Below are positions 35,238 to 45,019 of a stretch of DNA of 64,000 nucleotides, piece by piece. A model generated the notes under the pieces. The model saw only the letters and a program-made list of their open reading frames with translations. It was not told the DNA's origin and searched no databases. The stretch's first letter is position 1, and every line of letters begins with the position of its first letter. Both the position numbers and the translations under genes were made by a program. This DNA is from Polyangia bacterium (GTDB taxonomy: Bacteria > Myxococcota_A > Polyangia > Palsa-1104 > JAEUJZ01), in contig JBGANQ010000002.1 of assembly GCA_044222245.1 (NCBI GenBank), positions 103,667 through 167,666 of the forward strand. The letters run 5' to 3'.

Positions 35238-36292
35238 ACAAGACAATTGTAGGTGTATTGCAGGACTTCGCCGAGGCTCAGAAGGTCGTCAAGGAGCTCA
35301 TCGCGCAAGGGGTGCCGCGCAGCGACATCAGCCTCGTCGCCAGCGCAGACGCCAGCAGCCGGGCAATGGGCGACTCGGCGCTCGGGGTGGTGAACCTGCC
35401 GGGCGGCGGCAGCTTCATGGCCGAGGGCTCATTCGGCAAAGCGCTCGGCGGGACCGGCGAGGCGCTCACCAAGGTCGGGCTCAGTGCGGATATGGCGCGC
35501 GCCTACCAGGACGCCGTGTGCAAGAGCGGCAAGATCCTGGTCGCGGTGCAGGCGAGCGAGGACCGGCTGGCCGGCTTCGACGCCCTGATGCGCCGCTATC
35601 GCACCTCTGCCTTGTCTGCGGAGCTTGCGAGCAGCGCGCAGAGCGAGGTGGTCCTGCCGGTGATGCAGGAGTCGATGCAGGTCGGCAAGCGCGAGGTCGA
35701 GCGCGGCGGCGTGCACGTCCACTCCTATATTACCGAGACCCCGGTCGAGGAGTCGGTCCAGCTGCGCGAGGAGCGCGTCAGCGTCGAGCGCCACCCGGTC
35801 AACCGGCCGGTGACGGTCGAGGACGCGGCCGCCTTCAAGGGCGGCTCGTTCGAGGTCCGCCAGAGCGCCGAGGAGGTGGTGGTCGCCAAGGAGGCGCGGG
35901 TGGTCGAAGAGGTGGTGATCAACAAGAGAGTCTCCGAGCACACCGAGACGGTCCGCGACACCGTGCGGCGCACCGATGTGGTGGTCGAGGATCTGGCGGG
36001 CAAGGACAACCTCAAGACGCGGCGTGACCGTTACTCTGAGTACGAGCCGGAGTTCCGCCAGAACTACCAGCAGACCTTCGCCAACAGCGACTACGACTAC
36101 GAGCGGGTCGCCCCCGCCTACCAGTTTGGCACCGAGCTTGGCGATCGAAAAGAGCATAAGGACAAAGACTGGCAGTCGATCGAGCCGGATGCGCGGCAGC
36201 ACTGGGAGACCAAGAACCCGGGGACCTGGGAGCGCATGAAGGACTCCATCCGTTATGCCTGGGAGCGCGTGCGCGCCTCGGTAAGCGGGTAA
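35234..36292 (+). CDS. General-stress-type protein with a DUF2382 (YsnF/AvaK) domain
   Basis: ATGA overlap with the upstream gene. LPVMQESMQVGKREVERGGVHV..REERVSVERHPV..VVAKEARVVEEVVINKRV..VRRTDV. Confidence 0.7.
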   Translation: MNKTIVGVLQDFAEAQKVVKELIAQGVPRSDISLVASADASSRAMGDSALGVVNLPGGGSFMAEGSFGKALGGTGEALTKVGLSADMARAYQDAVCKSGKILVAVQASEDRLAGFDALMRRYRTSALSAELASSAQSEVVLPVMQESMQVGKREVERGGVHVHSYITETPVEESVQLREERVSVERHPVNRPVTVEDAAAFKGGSFEVRQSAEEVVVAKEARVVEEVVINKRVSEHTETVRDTVRRTDVVVEDLAGKDNLKTRRDRYSEYEPEFRQNYQQTFANSDYDYERVAPAYQFGTELGDRKEHKDKDWQSIEPDARQHWETKNPGTWERMKDSIRYAWERVRASVSG

Positions 36293-36323
36293 AAGTCCAT
36301 GACCAACACCACGGGGGTCTCCG

Positions 36324-36929
36324 ATGCAGGAAATTCAAGTTCGACATAAAGTAGCCTTTCTCGATCGCTCCAAGCTGTCGGCGCTGCTCATCCTGGGCGT
36401 GGCGATCCTCGGCAGCGTCGGCGTCATGCTGGCGGTGCGGCAGTGCGGGGCCAAGGATCACATTGCCGGCGCGCCCGCCCCCGGCATCAGCGCCGGCTGT
36501 GGCGATGACGGCGACTGCCGCGATCGGCAGCTGTGCGTGAGCGCGGCGTGCGTCGATATCCGGCCTGGCATCAAGGAATGCACGGAGGTCCAGGTTCACT
36601 TCAACACCGACTCTGCCGACATCGGCGCCGCCGACAAGGCGGCGGTCGCCCGCATGGCGCGGTGCCTCAAGGCCGACCAGTCGATGAAGCTGGTCATCTC
36701 TGGCAGCACCGATGAGCGCGGGTCGGCGGCGCACAACAGCGAGCTGGGGGAGAAGCGGGCGATGGCCGTGGCGCGCACCCTGCAGCAGCAGGGCGTATCG
36801 TCGCAGCAGCTGAGCATCGTCAGCTACGGCGAGCACTCCCCGCTGTGCCTGGAGTCCGACCGCGACTGCTGGGCCAAGAATCGCCAGGCGGCGCTCACCC
36901 CGAGCGCTGGCGCGGCAGTTGCCCGCTAG
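36324..36929 (+). CDS. OmpA/Pal-family peptidoglycan-binding protein
   Basis: N-terminal TM segment, then VHFNTDSADI..LVISGSTDERGSAAHNSELGEKRAMAV..LSIVSYGE. Confidence 0.8.
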   Translation: MQEIQVRHKVAFLDRSKLSALLILGVAILGSVGVMLAVRQCGAKDHIAGAPAPGISAGCGDDGDCRDRQLCVSAACVDIRPGIKECTEVQVHFNTDSADIGAADKAAVARMARCLKADQSMKLVISGSTDERGSAAHNSELGEKRAMAVARTLQQQGVSSQQLSIVSYGEHSPLCLESDRDCWAKNRQAALTPSAGAAVAR

Positions 36930-36985
36930 GTCCAGCGCCTCACCCGCAAACCAGAATCAATCGCCCCCGGCGAAGGAGAAGTGTC

Positions 36986-37816
36986 ATGGGACTTTTGCCG
37001 CTCTCGAAGATGGATGACTACGAGCTCGTGGACAAAGATCAGGACCTGCGCGGCTGGAAGGTGCAGGATGCAGCCGGCAACAACCTCGGCAAGGTGGCCG
37101 AGATGATGGTCGATACCGACAAGGAGCGCGTCACCACGCTGCTCCTGGATAATAACGCCGAGTACCCTATCGAGGACCTCGAGCTCGGCGACCGCGTCTT
37201 GTGGCTCGCGCCGCAGGGGCGGGCGAACGTGGTGCCGCTGGCCGGGGGAGCCCTGCCGTCATCGCCCTCGGCCACCGCCGCCGCGGCGGCGGGCATGACG
37301 CCGGGCGCGGTGTCGCTAACTGGGGTGGGTGCCGGCGCGGGGGCAAGTGGAGCTGCGGGGACGTCTCCGGCCGCCCCAGTGGACAGTGCAGTCACCAGTC
37401 CGGGGCTGGCCAAGGACTCGCTGCAGAGCGAGCTGCGCGTGCCGGTGATCGAGGAGCAGCTGCGGGTCGGCAAGCGCCAGGTCGAGCGCGGCGGCGTCCG
37501 GGTGACCCGGCGGGTGCAGGATCGCCCGGTGCAGAAGCAGGTCGAGCTGCGCGAAGAGCATGTAGATGTAACTCGCCGCTCGGTCGACCGCCCGGTGGAT
37601 CGGGCCGCGGTGAGCGCGCTTGCCGATCTTGATATCGAGGTGGTGGAAAAGGCCGAGGTCCCGGTCGTGTTCAAGCAGGAGCGGGTGATCGAAGAGGTCG
37701 TGGTCAGAAAGGCCGCCAGCGAGCACGTCGAGACAGTGCGCGATGTGGTGCGGCGCACCGATGTCGAGGTGCACGAGCTCCCAAGCCCCCCAAGTCCCTC
37801 CCGCCTGAGTCACTAG
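36986..37816 (+). CDS. PRC-barrel-like plus DUF2382 domain protein
   Basis: ATG 36986 with GAAGGAGAA upstream. DLRGWKVQDAAGNNLGKVAEMMVD (PRC-like), then VPVIEEQLRVGKRQVERGGVRV..LREEHVDV..VRRTDV. Confidence 0.7.
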   Translation: MGLLPLSKMDDYELVDKDQDLRGWKVQDAAGNNLGKVAEMMVDTDKERVTTLLLDNNAEYPIEDLELGDRVLWLAPQGRANVVPLAGGALPSSPSATAAAAAGMTPGAVSLTGVGAGAGASGAAGTSPAAPVDSAVTSPGLAKDSLQSELRVPVIEEQLRVGKRQVERGGVRVTRRVQDRPVQKQVELREEHVDVTRRSVDRPVDRAAVSALADLDIEVVEKAEVPVVFKQERVIEEVVVRKAASEHVETVRDVVRRTDVEVHELPSPPSPSRLSH

Positions 37817-37961
37817 CAGCCCCCTGCCGACCCGCAGCGCCCGGAAAGTCCCCCTGAAAGTCGGCAAACCGCTGGCGGTACCACCCCGACCATGCAAGGC
37901 TTGCGCTAATCACTCCCGCACAAGACATCTAGACGATTAGGCAGCATCGGGGTCACGATCC

Positions 37962-39320
37962 ATGCAAGCCAACCACCTACGCTTCCTCTCGGTCGTCTTT
38001 GGGTTGGTCATCCTCAGCTTCGTCACCACCACCGGCTACATCGGCCACCGGGCGCGCGCCATCGATGAGGCGGCGGTGGCGATCTCGGACAACGCCGCGC
38101 CGAGCATCCTCCACCTGTCGGCGGCGCGCAGCGAGGTGCGCAACCTGCAGCTCATCGTCGAGCGGGATCTGGATCAGGCGGCGGCCGGCATCTTTCCCTC
38201 GCCCACCGAGCTGCAGGAGTCGCGCGCCCGCATCCATCAGGACGTACGGCGCTACCAGCAGCTGCCGGCCTTCCCGGGAGAGGAGCCGCTGTGGGAGCGC
38301 GCCAACCGCGAGCTCACCCACCTCGACGACGCCGTCGCTCACCTGAGCAGCCAGTTTGCCGCCCACCACGCCCGCGAGGCCAGCCAGCTGGCGCGCGGCG
38401 AGCTGCAGAGCGCCGCCCGCCAGACCGTCGATGCCTTCATGGACACCATCGAGTTCAACGCCAAGCAGGCCCACGATGGGGCGCAGCGCGTCGGCGAGCT
38501 GCGCGCCGGACTGTCGCGCAGCGCCCTGTTCCTCACCGGCCTGTGCGTGCTGTGGGCGCTCGCCGCGGCGATGGGCCTTGGCTACAGCCTGCACCGGCGA
38601 GACGACCTCTTGGAAGGGCAGCGCCGCCAGGCCATCGAGCGGGCCGAGGAGCTGGAGCAGTTCGCCGGCCGGGTGGCCCACGACATCCTGAACCCGCTGT
38701 CGGTGGTGAGCAGTGCGTTCTACGCCCTGGACCTCATGCGCACCGCGGACGAGCGGGCAAGCCTGGTTCAGCGCGGGCGCGCCAACGTCAGGCGGATCCA
38801 GCAGATCCTCGACGGGCTCCTCCGGTTCGCCTGCGCCGGCGCGCGCCCTGAGCCGGGCACCCAGGTCGCGCTCGAAGAGGTCTTCGGTGAGCTCATCCCC
38901 GAGCTGCGCGCCCAGGCCAGCGAGGCCGGCATCACCCTTACGCTAGAGCCGCACGCACCGGTGCGCCTTGCCTGCAGCCCGGGAATCCTCGGCAGCCTGG
39001 TGTCAAACCTGGTGCACAACGCGATAAAGTACCTGGGCGACCGCAGCGAGCGCCGCATCACCGTCCGCGTGCTGGAGCGCGGCGCGATGGTGCGCTTCGA
39101 GGTGGAGGACACCGGCCCGGGTCTGCCCCCGGACCTGGAGCGGACGGTCTTTGACCCCTACGTGCGGGCGCGCGGGACCCTGCTGCCCGGCTTCGGTCTG
39201 GGCCTGGCCACGGTCAAAAAGGCGGCGGAGGCGCACGGCGGCCGGGTCGGGGTGCGCTCGGTCGTCGGCCGCGGCTGTCTGTTCTGGTTCGAGCTGCCCC
39301 TGGCCGCGCCGCCTTCCTAG
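37962..39320 (+). CDS. Membrane sensor histidine kinase
   Basis: Two TM segments, H-box FAGRVAHDILNPL, N box NLVHNAIKY, G boxes DTGPGLP and GFGLGLATV. Confidence 0.85.
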   Translation: MQANHLRFLSVVFGLVILSFVTTTGYIGHRARAIDEAAVAISDNAAPSILHLSAARSEVRNLQLIVERDLDQAAAGIFPSPTELQESRARIHQDVRRYQQLPAFPGEEPLWERANRELTHLDDAVAHLSSQFAAHHAREASQLARGELQSAARQTVDAFMDTIEFNAKQAHDGAQRVGELRAGLSRSALFLTGLCVLWALAAAMGLGYSLHRRDDLLEGQRRQAIERAEELEQFAGRVAHDILNPLSVVSSAFYALDLMRTADERASLVQRGRANVRRIQQILDGLLRFACAGARPEPGTQVALEEVFGELIPELRAQASEAGITLTLEPHAPVRLACSPGILGSLVSNLVHNAIKYLGDRSERRITVRVLERGAMVRFEVEDTGPGLPPDLERTVFDPYVRARGTLLPGFGLGLATVKKAAEAHGGRVGVRSVVGRGCLFWFELPLAAPPS

Positions 39321-39403
39321 TCCCGCGCGGGCAAAGAAAAGCTTCCAAGCGCCGCGGCGAAAGTGGCACTGTTGCCTCCCTCGGAACCCCCGGACGGAGG
39401 ACC

Positions 39404-41065
39404 ATGATGCGGCTGCACCGCCTGCTTGGGAGAGTGTTCGGCCTGGGAGCGCTGCTCCTTTTGGGAGCGAGCTGCTCCAGCGACCCGCAAGCCCTGCCGC
39501 CCCCGGGGGGAGACTCGCTGCCGCCGCCGCCGCTTACCCCGGCGATCCGGCGGGTGCGGCGGCTGAGCAGCCGCGAGTACAATAACGTCGTCCGCGATCT
39601 GCTGGGCGATGCCTCGCGACCGGCCGCGCGCTTTATCAAAGACTCCTACCAGAACGGCTACGACAACGGCTCGGCCGAGCTGGCCGTGCAGTCGGATCAG
39701 GTAGTGGATTATGAGGGCGCCGCCGAGGCGCTGGCGCGGGGCGCGGTGGCGCGCGGCCTGGGTCCGCTGATCGCCGACTGCGAGGTCGCCCAGCAGGGCC
39801 ACGACGCCTGCCTGCAGGCGCTGCTCGACACCTTCGCGGCGCGCGCCTTCCGCCGCCCGCTGACCGCGACCGAGCAGCAGCGCCTGCGCGCCGTGTTCCA
39901 GGCCGAGCTGGCCGCCGGCGGCGATTTCCCGCGGGCGATAAAGACCGTGCTCGAGGTCATCCTGCAGTCGCCGCAGTTCCTCTACCGCGAGGAGCTCGGC
40001 CCGAGCCAGGCCGCCGCCGGCGAGGGCACGGTGCAGCTGACCGACTACGAGGTCGCGACCGAGCTGTCGTTCCTGCTGACCGGCTCGCTCCCCGACAGCG
40101 CCTTGTGGACCGCGGTCGCTGAGGGGCGCTTCAAGACCAGCGCCGACTACCGGCGCGAGGCGGCGCGGCTGCTCGCCACCCCGGCGGCGCGCGCGAACCT
40201 GCGCGCTTTTTTGCACCAGTGGCTGGCCACCGACCGCACCGCCACTCTCAGCAAGGACAGCAGCTTCTATCCCGACTTCAACCAGGGGCTGGCCGACTCG
40301 ATGGGCCAGGAGCTCGACCGCTTCTATGACCAGGTGATGTGGGACGGCAGCGGCTCGCTGCGCGAGCTTTTTACCTCCAACCAGGGCTTTGTCGATGACC
40401 GGCTGGCGAGGCTCTATGGGGTGCCGGGCGGCGGCGCCGAGTTCCAGCCGGTCGCGCTCGATCCGGCGCTGCGAAAGGGCATCCTCAGCCGCGCCGGCTT
40501 CCTTGCGGTGCACGCTGCCACCGACAGCTCGGGACCGATCTCGCGCGGTGTCTTTATCCTGCAGGCGCTATTGTGCCTGCCGCCGCCGCAGCCGCCGGCC
40601 AACGTGCCGCCGGCGCTGCCGGCCGGCGATCCCGGGGCCAAGGATCTGACCACCCGCCAGCGCTTCGAGAAGCACGTCTCCAGCCCCGTGTGCGCCGCCT
40701 GCCACAAGCAGATCGACGGCGTCGGCTTTGGCCTGGAGCAGTTTGACGGCATCGGCGCCCTGCGCACCACCGAGAACGGTCACCCCATCGACAGCCGCGG
40801 CACCCTGCTTGGCACCGGCGAGATCGACGGCGACTACACCGGCGCCGGCGAGCTGGCCACCCGCATGGCCCAGAGCCGCACCCTGACCGACTGCTACCTG
40901 CGCAACGCCTACCGCTTCGCCCTGGGACAGATCGAGCCGAGCGGCGAGGACCTGCGGGCGCTCGGCGTCGGGTTCTCCAGCGACTCCCGGCTGAGCGAGG
41001 TCCTGCTCACCCTGATCGCCGATCCGGTGTTCAAGAGCCGCCGCTTCGAAGCGGTCAAACCGTAG
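39404..41065 (+). CDS. DUF1587/1595/1592/1588/1585-family lipoprotein with a CxxCH motif
   Basis: GGAGGA RBS and lipobox GASC. IRRVRRLSSREYNNVVRDLLGD, LLTGSLPD, GILSRAGFLAVHA, and VCAACHKQIDGVGFGLEQFDGIG (CAACH encoded at 40691-40705). Confidence 0.8.
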   Translation: MMRLHRLLGRVFGLGALLLLGASCSSDPQALPPPGGDSLPPPPLTPAIRRVRRLSSREYNNVVRDLLGDASRPAARFIKDSYQNGYDNGSAELAVQSDQVVDYEGAAEALARGAVARGLGPLIADCEVAQQGHDACLQALLDTFAARAFRRPLTATEQQRLRAVFQAELAAGGDFPRAIKTVLEVILQSPQFLYREELGPSQAAAGEGTVQLTDYEVATELSFLLTGSLPDSALWTAVAEGRFKTSADYRREAARLLATPAARANLRAFLHQWLATDRTATLSKDSSFYPDFNQGLADSMGQELDRFYDQVMWDGSGSLRELFTSNQGFVDDRLARLYGVPGGGAEFQPVALDPALRKGILSRAGFLAVHAATDSSGPISRGVFILQALLCLPPPQPPANVPPALPAGDPGAKDLTTRQRFEKHVSSPVCAACHKQIDGVGFGLEQFDGIGALRTTENGHPIDSRGTLLGTGEIDGDYTGAGELATRMAQSRTLTDCYLRNAYRFALGQIEPSGEDLRALGVGFSSDSRLSEVLLTLIADPVFKSRRFEAVKP

Positions 41066-41082
41066 CGCCCAAGGAGCCGCCC

Positions 41083-42432
41083 ATGTCTCGGATTCCACCC
41101 AGCCGTCGCCGCGTCCTGCAGGCTCTCGGAGCGCTCCCGCTGACCCTGCCGTTTATGCCGTGGGAGCGCCTGCTGTACGCCGGACCGCCGGCGGCGCCGC
41201 CCAAGCGCCTGGTCCTGCTCATGCAGAACAACGGCACCCAGCAGGCCAACTTCTGGCCCGATGCCAACCTCCGCTCGCCCATCCTCGACTCGCTGTTCAT
41301 CGATCCAAAGACCGGGATGGACAACGGACTCAAGGCCAAGACCAACCTCGTCAAAGGGGTCTACATTCCCAACGACGCCAACGGCACCAACGGCAACCAG
41401 CACGACATGGGCTTTGCCCGCCTGTTTACCGGCGCCAAGCTGATCTCGCGCGGCGGCCAGCCGTGGGGCGGCAGCGCGTCGGTGGATCAGCTGCTCGCCC
41501 AGGCGTGGAAGGTCGACTCGCTGACCCTGGCCGTGCTGGCCTCGCAGACCGAGCCGCAGCCCAAGCCCGGCTTCGATCACCGCGAGTCGTTTTCCTATCT
41601 GGGGCCGGCGACCCTCAAGCACCCGCGCAAGGATCCGCTGGAGGTGTTCAACTACCTGTTCCCGCCCGCGCCTTCCGATACCCGCCGGCGGCTGAGCGTG
41701 CTCGACGCGGTGGCCGGCAACCTGGCCGAGGTCAAGGGGCGGCTGGGGCCGGCGGAGCGCGCCAAGCTTGACTACCACCTGAGCGCGATCCGCGATGTCG
41801 AGCAGCGGCTGTCCGGCCCCGGCGGCAGCTGTCCGATGCGGCCGGCGGCGCCGCCCGACTACCTGGCCCTGGATCCCAACGCCGAGGTGAGCGTGGACAC
41901 CTATATCCCGCCGATGGTCGACAACATGCTCGACCTGGCGGTGCTCGCCCTCAAGTGCGGGCTGACGCGCATCGCCACGGTGCAGTTTGGCTACGGCGGT
42001 GGCAAGTGGCGGTTTGGCTGGAAGGGCATCAACATGAACTGCCACGATGATGTCGCCCACCTCGATGTCCTGGACGGCGGCGTCTTTGCCGAGAACACCA
42101 AGCGGGTGGTGCTGATGAACCAGTACTACGCCAGCTGCGTCGCGCGCCTGGCCACCGCGCTGGACGCCATCCCCGAGGGCGCGGGGACCATGCTCGACAA
42201 CACCCTGGTCGTCTGGGCCAACGAGCTCGGGCGCGGCGATCACAACCAGAACAACGTCCCGATCGTCCTAATCGGCAAGGCCGGCGGCGCGATCTCCCGC
42301 GGCGGGCGGGTGCTCGACGCCGGCAAGCAGGTCTTCAATCGCCTGGGCTGCACCATCCTCAACGCAATGGGAGTGAGCGCGGCGGGCTTTGGCGACGTGC
42401 CCGACTGCGGGGTGTTCCCCGGACTGTTCTAA
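41083..42432 (+). CDS. DUF1552-family protein with a Tat-like signal
   Basis: MSRIPPSRRRVLQALGALPL.. at the N-terminus, and ANELGRGDHNQNNVPIVLIG near the C-terminus. It is the usual partner of the preceding family. Confidence 0.8.
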   Translation: MSRIPPSRRRVLQALGALPLTLPFMPWERLLYAGPPAAPPKRLVLLMQNNGTQQANFWPDANLRSPILDSLFIDPKTGMDNGLKAKTNLVKGVYIPNDANGTNGNQHDMGFARLFTGAKLISRGGQPWGGSASVDQLLAQAWKVDSLTLAVLASQTEPQPKPGFDHRESFSYLGPATLKHPRKDPLEVFNYLFPPAPSDTRRRLSVLDAVAGNLAEVKGRLGPAERAKLDYHLSAIRDVEQRLSGPGGSCPMRPAAPPDYLALDPNAEVSVDTYIPPMVDNMLDLAVLALKCGLTRIATVQFGYGGGKWRFGWKGINMNCHDDVAHLDVLDGGVFAENTKRVVLMNQYYASCVARLATALDAIPEGAGTMLDNTLVVWANELGRGDHNQNNVPIVLIGKAGGAISRGGRVLDAGKQVFNRLGCTILNAMGVSAAGFGDVPDCGVFPGLF

Positions 42433-42467
42433 TTCTGCGCCTACTGGGGCCGCCGGCGCGCCGCCGA

Positions 42468-43103
42468 CTAGTCGTCCTTGGCCCCGCAGTTCCCTTTACA
42501 GCTTACGGCGCGGCACATAAGGAACGTCAGGCCGCCCAGCACCGCGGTCGCTGCCAGCAGGCCCAGAATCAGCGGCACGCTGGAGGTCGTCGTCGGGCCG
42601 GGCGGCGCCGGAACTGCCGCGCGCTCCTCTTCAGAGCGGGCGGCCAGGCGGGCGAGCTCCAGCCGCAGGCTCTGCTCTCCTTTGCGCATCGCCCACTCGT
42701 GGTTGCGGGAGAAGATCGGCTTGAGCGCGAACGAGAGGGCGCGCAGCAGCGGCTTGCGCGCCTCGACCTGCCAGTCATACACGAGGTCTACGTACGGCCC
42801 GTCCTGGGTGAAGGTCCAGACTCCCTCGCCGACGAAATCGCCGCGCGCGGTGAGCGAGAATCCAGTGGGGGTCACCCGCGTCGCGGTAAAGTCCCAGCGC
42901 AGCGTGTAGGGGAGAAATCCCTTGGTGTACAGACTGAACTCGCGGCCCAGCCCCGTGGCGTCGCCCGGCTTGGTCTGCTGCACGTCCAGGTAGACCGCCG
43001 GCCACCAGCGGGTAAGCTGCAGCGGATCGCCCAGCACCTTGTGCACCTGCGCCACCGTCCCTTCAAGCCGCCAGCGGGTGACAAAGTGATATCGGTTGTT
43101 CAT
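42468..43103 (-). CDS. SRPBCC (START/polyketide-cyclase-like) domain protein with a C-terminal TM anchor
   Basis: YHFVTRWRLEGTVAQVHKVLGDPLQLTRWWP.. The C-terminal hydrophobic stretch is VPLILGLLAATAVLGGLTFL. Confidence 0.65.
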   Translation of the reverse strand: MNNRYHFVTRWRLEGTVAQVHKVLGDPLQLTRWWPAVYLDVQQTKPGDATGLGREFSLYTKGFLPYTLRWDFTATRVTPTGFSLTARGDFVGEGVWTFTQDGPYVDLVYDWQVEARKPLLRALSFALKPIFSRNHEWAMRKGEQSLRLELARLAARSEEERAAVPAPPGPTTTSSVPLILGLLAATAVLGGLTFLMCRAVSCKGNCGAKDD

Positions 43104-43153
43104 GCCTAGTTATCTAGCGGATCGCGCCAGGGCCGACAAGCCGCCGCTGCCGC

Positions 43154-45019
43154 TCACGAGCCGTTGCCATCGAGCTCGGGACCGGGCGGCCGGGGCAGCG
43201 GTGGCCCCGGCGCCAGAGGCTTGGGTCCGGCGCTCTTTTTAGGGGAGGGCCCCGCCGACTCTTCCCCTTCTTCATTATTGAGCCGGACGTGGACCCGGCG
43301 AAACCCGGCGGCGTCGGCGTGCTTGCCGACCAGGGACTCATATTTGTAGGTCTTGGCGCCGCGCGGACCGGTGGCTCGGCACGAGCCGCCCGGGCGGATG
43401 ACGGCCTCGATGCCCGGGCTGTGCTTGTCCGATGGCCTGAGGGCGAGCTGCGACTCCTGACCGCACTCGATCGAGTCGACCGCGTCTTCCTCGGAGTAGA
43501 CAAACCGCACCTTGATCTCGCGCGGGTCGGCGGGCTCCTTGGCGGCATCGGCGGTCGGCGCGGCGGCGGCGGTCGGCAGATCCGCGGGCGCAGCGGTGAG
43601 ATCGAGGCTCGGGGTGACCAGCAGATCGACGGCCGCCGCGGCTCGCGCGCTGCCCAGATCGGCCACCGCTGGCGGCACCGGCGCCAGCGTGCGACCGGCG
43701 GTCAGCGCCGGCATGCGGGCGAAAAAGGAGAGCAGCCCGGCGGCACCGCCCAGGCCGAGCACCAGGATGGCGACGATGCGCAGGCCGGGGTGGCGGCGTC
43801 GCGGCGGCGGCGGCTCTGGCTCTCCTGCGGCGCCCGGCTCCCGCGCCTTGACCTGCTTGAGCAGGTCGCTGAGCAGCGCCACTCCCATCTGCGGCGTCTC
43901 GTTGGCCGAGTAATGCGGCGGCGGCTCCTCGGCTCGCTTGCTCGGTGGCGGCGCTGCTTCCTCACTGCGCTTGTTCTCGGCGCGCCCGTGGGTCGGCCAC
44001 TCGGGCGTGGTCGCGTAAAGCCCCACCAGCGGCTTGGCCGCGCGGCCGCCCGCCGCCACCTTAGCGAACGCTCCTTCGGGCAGCTGGCGGATAAGCTGCA
44101 GCAGCTCTCCCGCGTCCGCCGGTCGGCGGGCTGGGTCCTTGTGCAGGACGTTCCCTAAAAGATCCTCCAGCTCCTGCGACAGCGCCCGCCGGCCGTTGGT
44201 CTTGACCCGCTGCTGCCGCTGCACGAGCTGGCGGATGTGGCTGACCCGGCTGACCTCGGCCTCCCCGCCAAGCTCCAGCGAGCCGTTGAGCATCTCGAGC
44301 AGCAGCATGCCCAGGGAGTAGACATCGGTGCGCAGCGTCGCCTCTCCGGTGGCGAGCCGCTCGGGCGCCGCGTAGCGGGTGTTCTCGGCGCCGCGCACCG
44401 TCGAGTCGTCCGACAGCAGCGAGCTCGCCAGCTTGCCGATGGCGAAGTCGGTGACCTTGACGATCTCGATGGGTCCCTCGGCGGTCTCCTTCTGGGTGAG
44501 AAACAGATTCCGCGGCTTGAGGTCGCCGTGCACGATGTTGCGGCGGTGGGCGGCGGCGATGGCGCTGACGGTCTGGCGCCACAGGATGAACGCCCGCTCG
44601 CTGGAAAGCGGTCCGCTGCGCTCCAGGTGGCGCGCCAGGTCCTCGCCCTCCAGGTGCTCCATGGCGATGTAGGGCCGCCCGTCTTCGGCGCGTCCGCTGT
44701 CGTAGAGCGTGACCACGTGCTCGTGCTTGATGTTGCCGATCGAGCGCACCTCGGTATCAAAGCTATCCAGCTCCGCCTTGGTGCACTGCAGCAGCTTGAT
44801 CGTCACCATCCGCCCGAGCTGCGGCTGCTCGGCGGCGTAGACCTCGCTGCGCGGACCGACGCCGATGCGACTCTGCAGGATGTACTTGCCGACGAGGATG
44901 CGGCGCTCGACGATCAGCCGGGCTTGATCGCGTGGGCACAGCTCGAGCTGGGCCGCGTAGATCTGCCGGCACTGGGGGCACAGCTTGTAGCCCGAGGGTG
45001 ACTGCGGGGATGCTGACAC
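43154..45019 (-). CDS. Membrane Ser/Thr protein kinase with an N-terminal zinc-ribbon-like CxxC..C motif
   Basis: GTG 45019. CPQCRQIYAAQLELCP, kinase core IGVGPRSEVYAA..IKLL..HGDLKPRNLFL..TDFAIGK, one TM segment, and an unknown C-terminal domain. Confidence 0.85.
   Translation of the reverse strand: MSASPQSPSGYKLCPQCRQIYAAQLELCPRDQARLIVERRILVGKYILQSRIGVGPRSEVYAAEQPQLGRMVTIKLLQCTKAELDSFDTEVRSIGNIKHEHVVTLYDSGRAEDGRPYIAMEHLEGEDLARHLERSGPLSSERAFILWRQTVSAIAAAHRRNIVHGDLKPRNLFLTQKETAEGPIEIVKVTDFAIGKLASSLLSDDSTVRGAENTRYAAPERLATGEATLRTDVYSLGMLLLEMLNGSLELGGEAEVSRVSHIRQLVQRQQRVKTNGRRALSQELEDLLGNVLHKDPARRPADAGELLQLIRQLPEGAFAKVAAGGRAAKPLVGLYATTPEWPTHGRAENKRSEEAAPPPSKRAEEPPPHYSANETPQMGVALLSDLLKQVKAREPGAAGEPEPPPPRRRHPGLRIVAILVLGLGGAAGLLSFFARMPALTAGRTLAPVPPAVADLGSARAAAAVDLLVTPSLDLTAAPADLPTAAAAPTADAAKEPADPREIKVRFVYSEEDAVDSIECGQESQLALRPSDKHSPGIEAVIRPGGSCRATGPRGAKTYKYESLVGKHADAAGFRRVHVRLNNEEGEESAGPSPKKSAGPKPLAPGPPLPRPPGPELDGNGS

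Noticed and set aside
39363-39375. TGGCACTGTTGCC upstream of the DUF1592-family gene, sigma54-like at first glance
   Set aside because: The GG to GC distance is only 9 nt, which is incompatible with a -24/-12 promoter.
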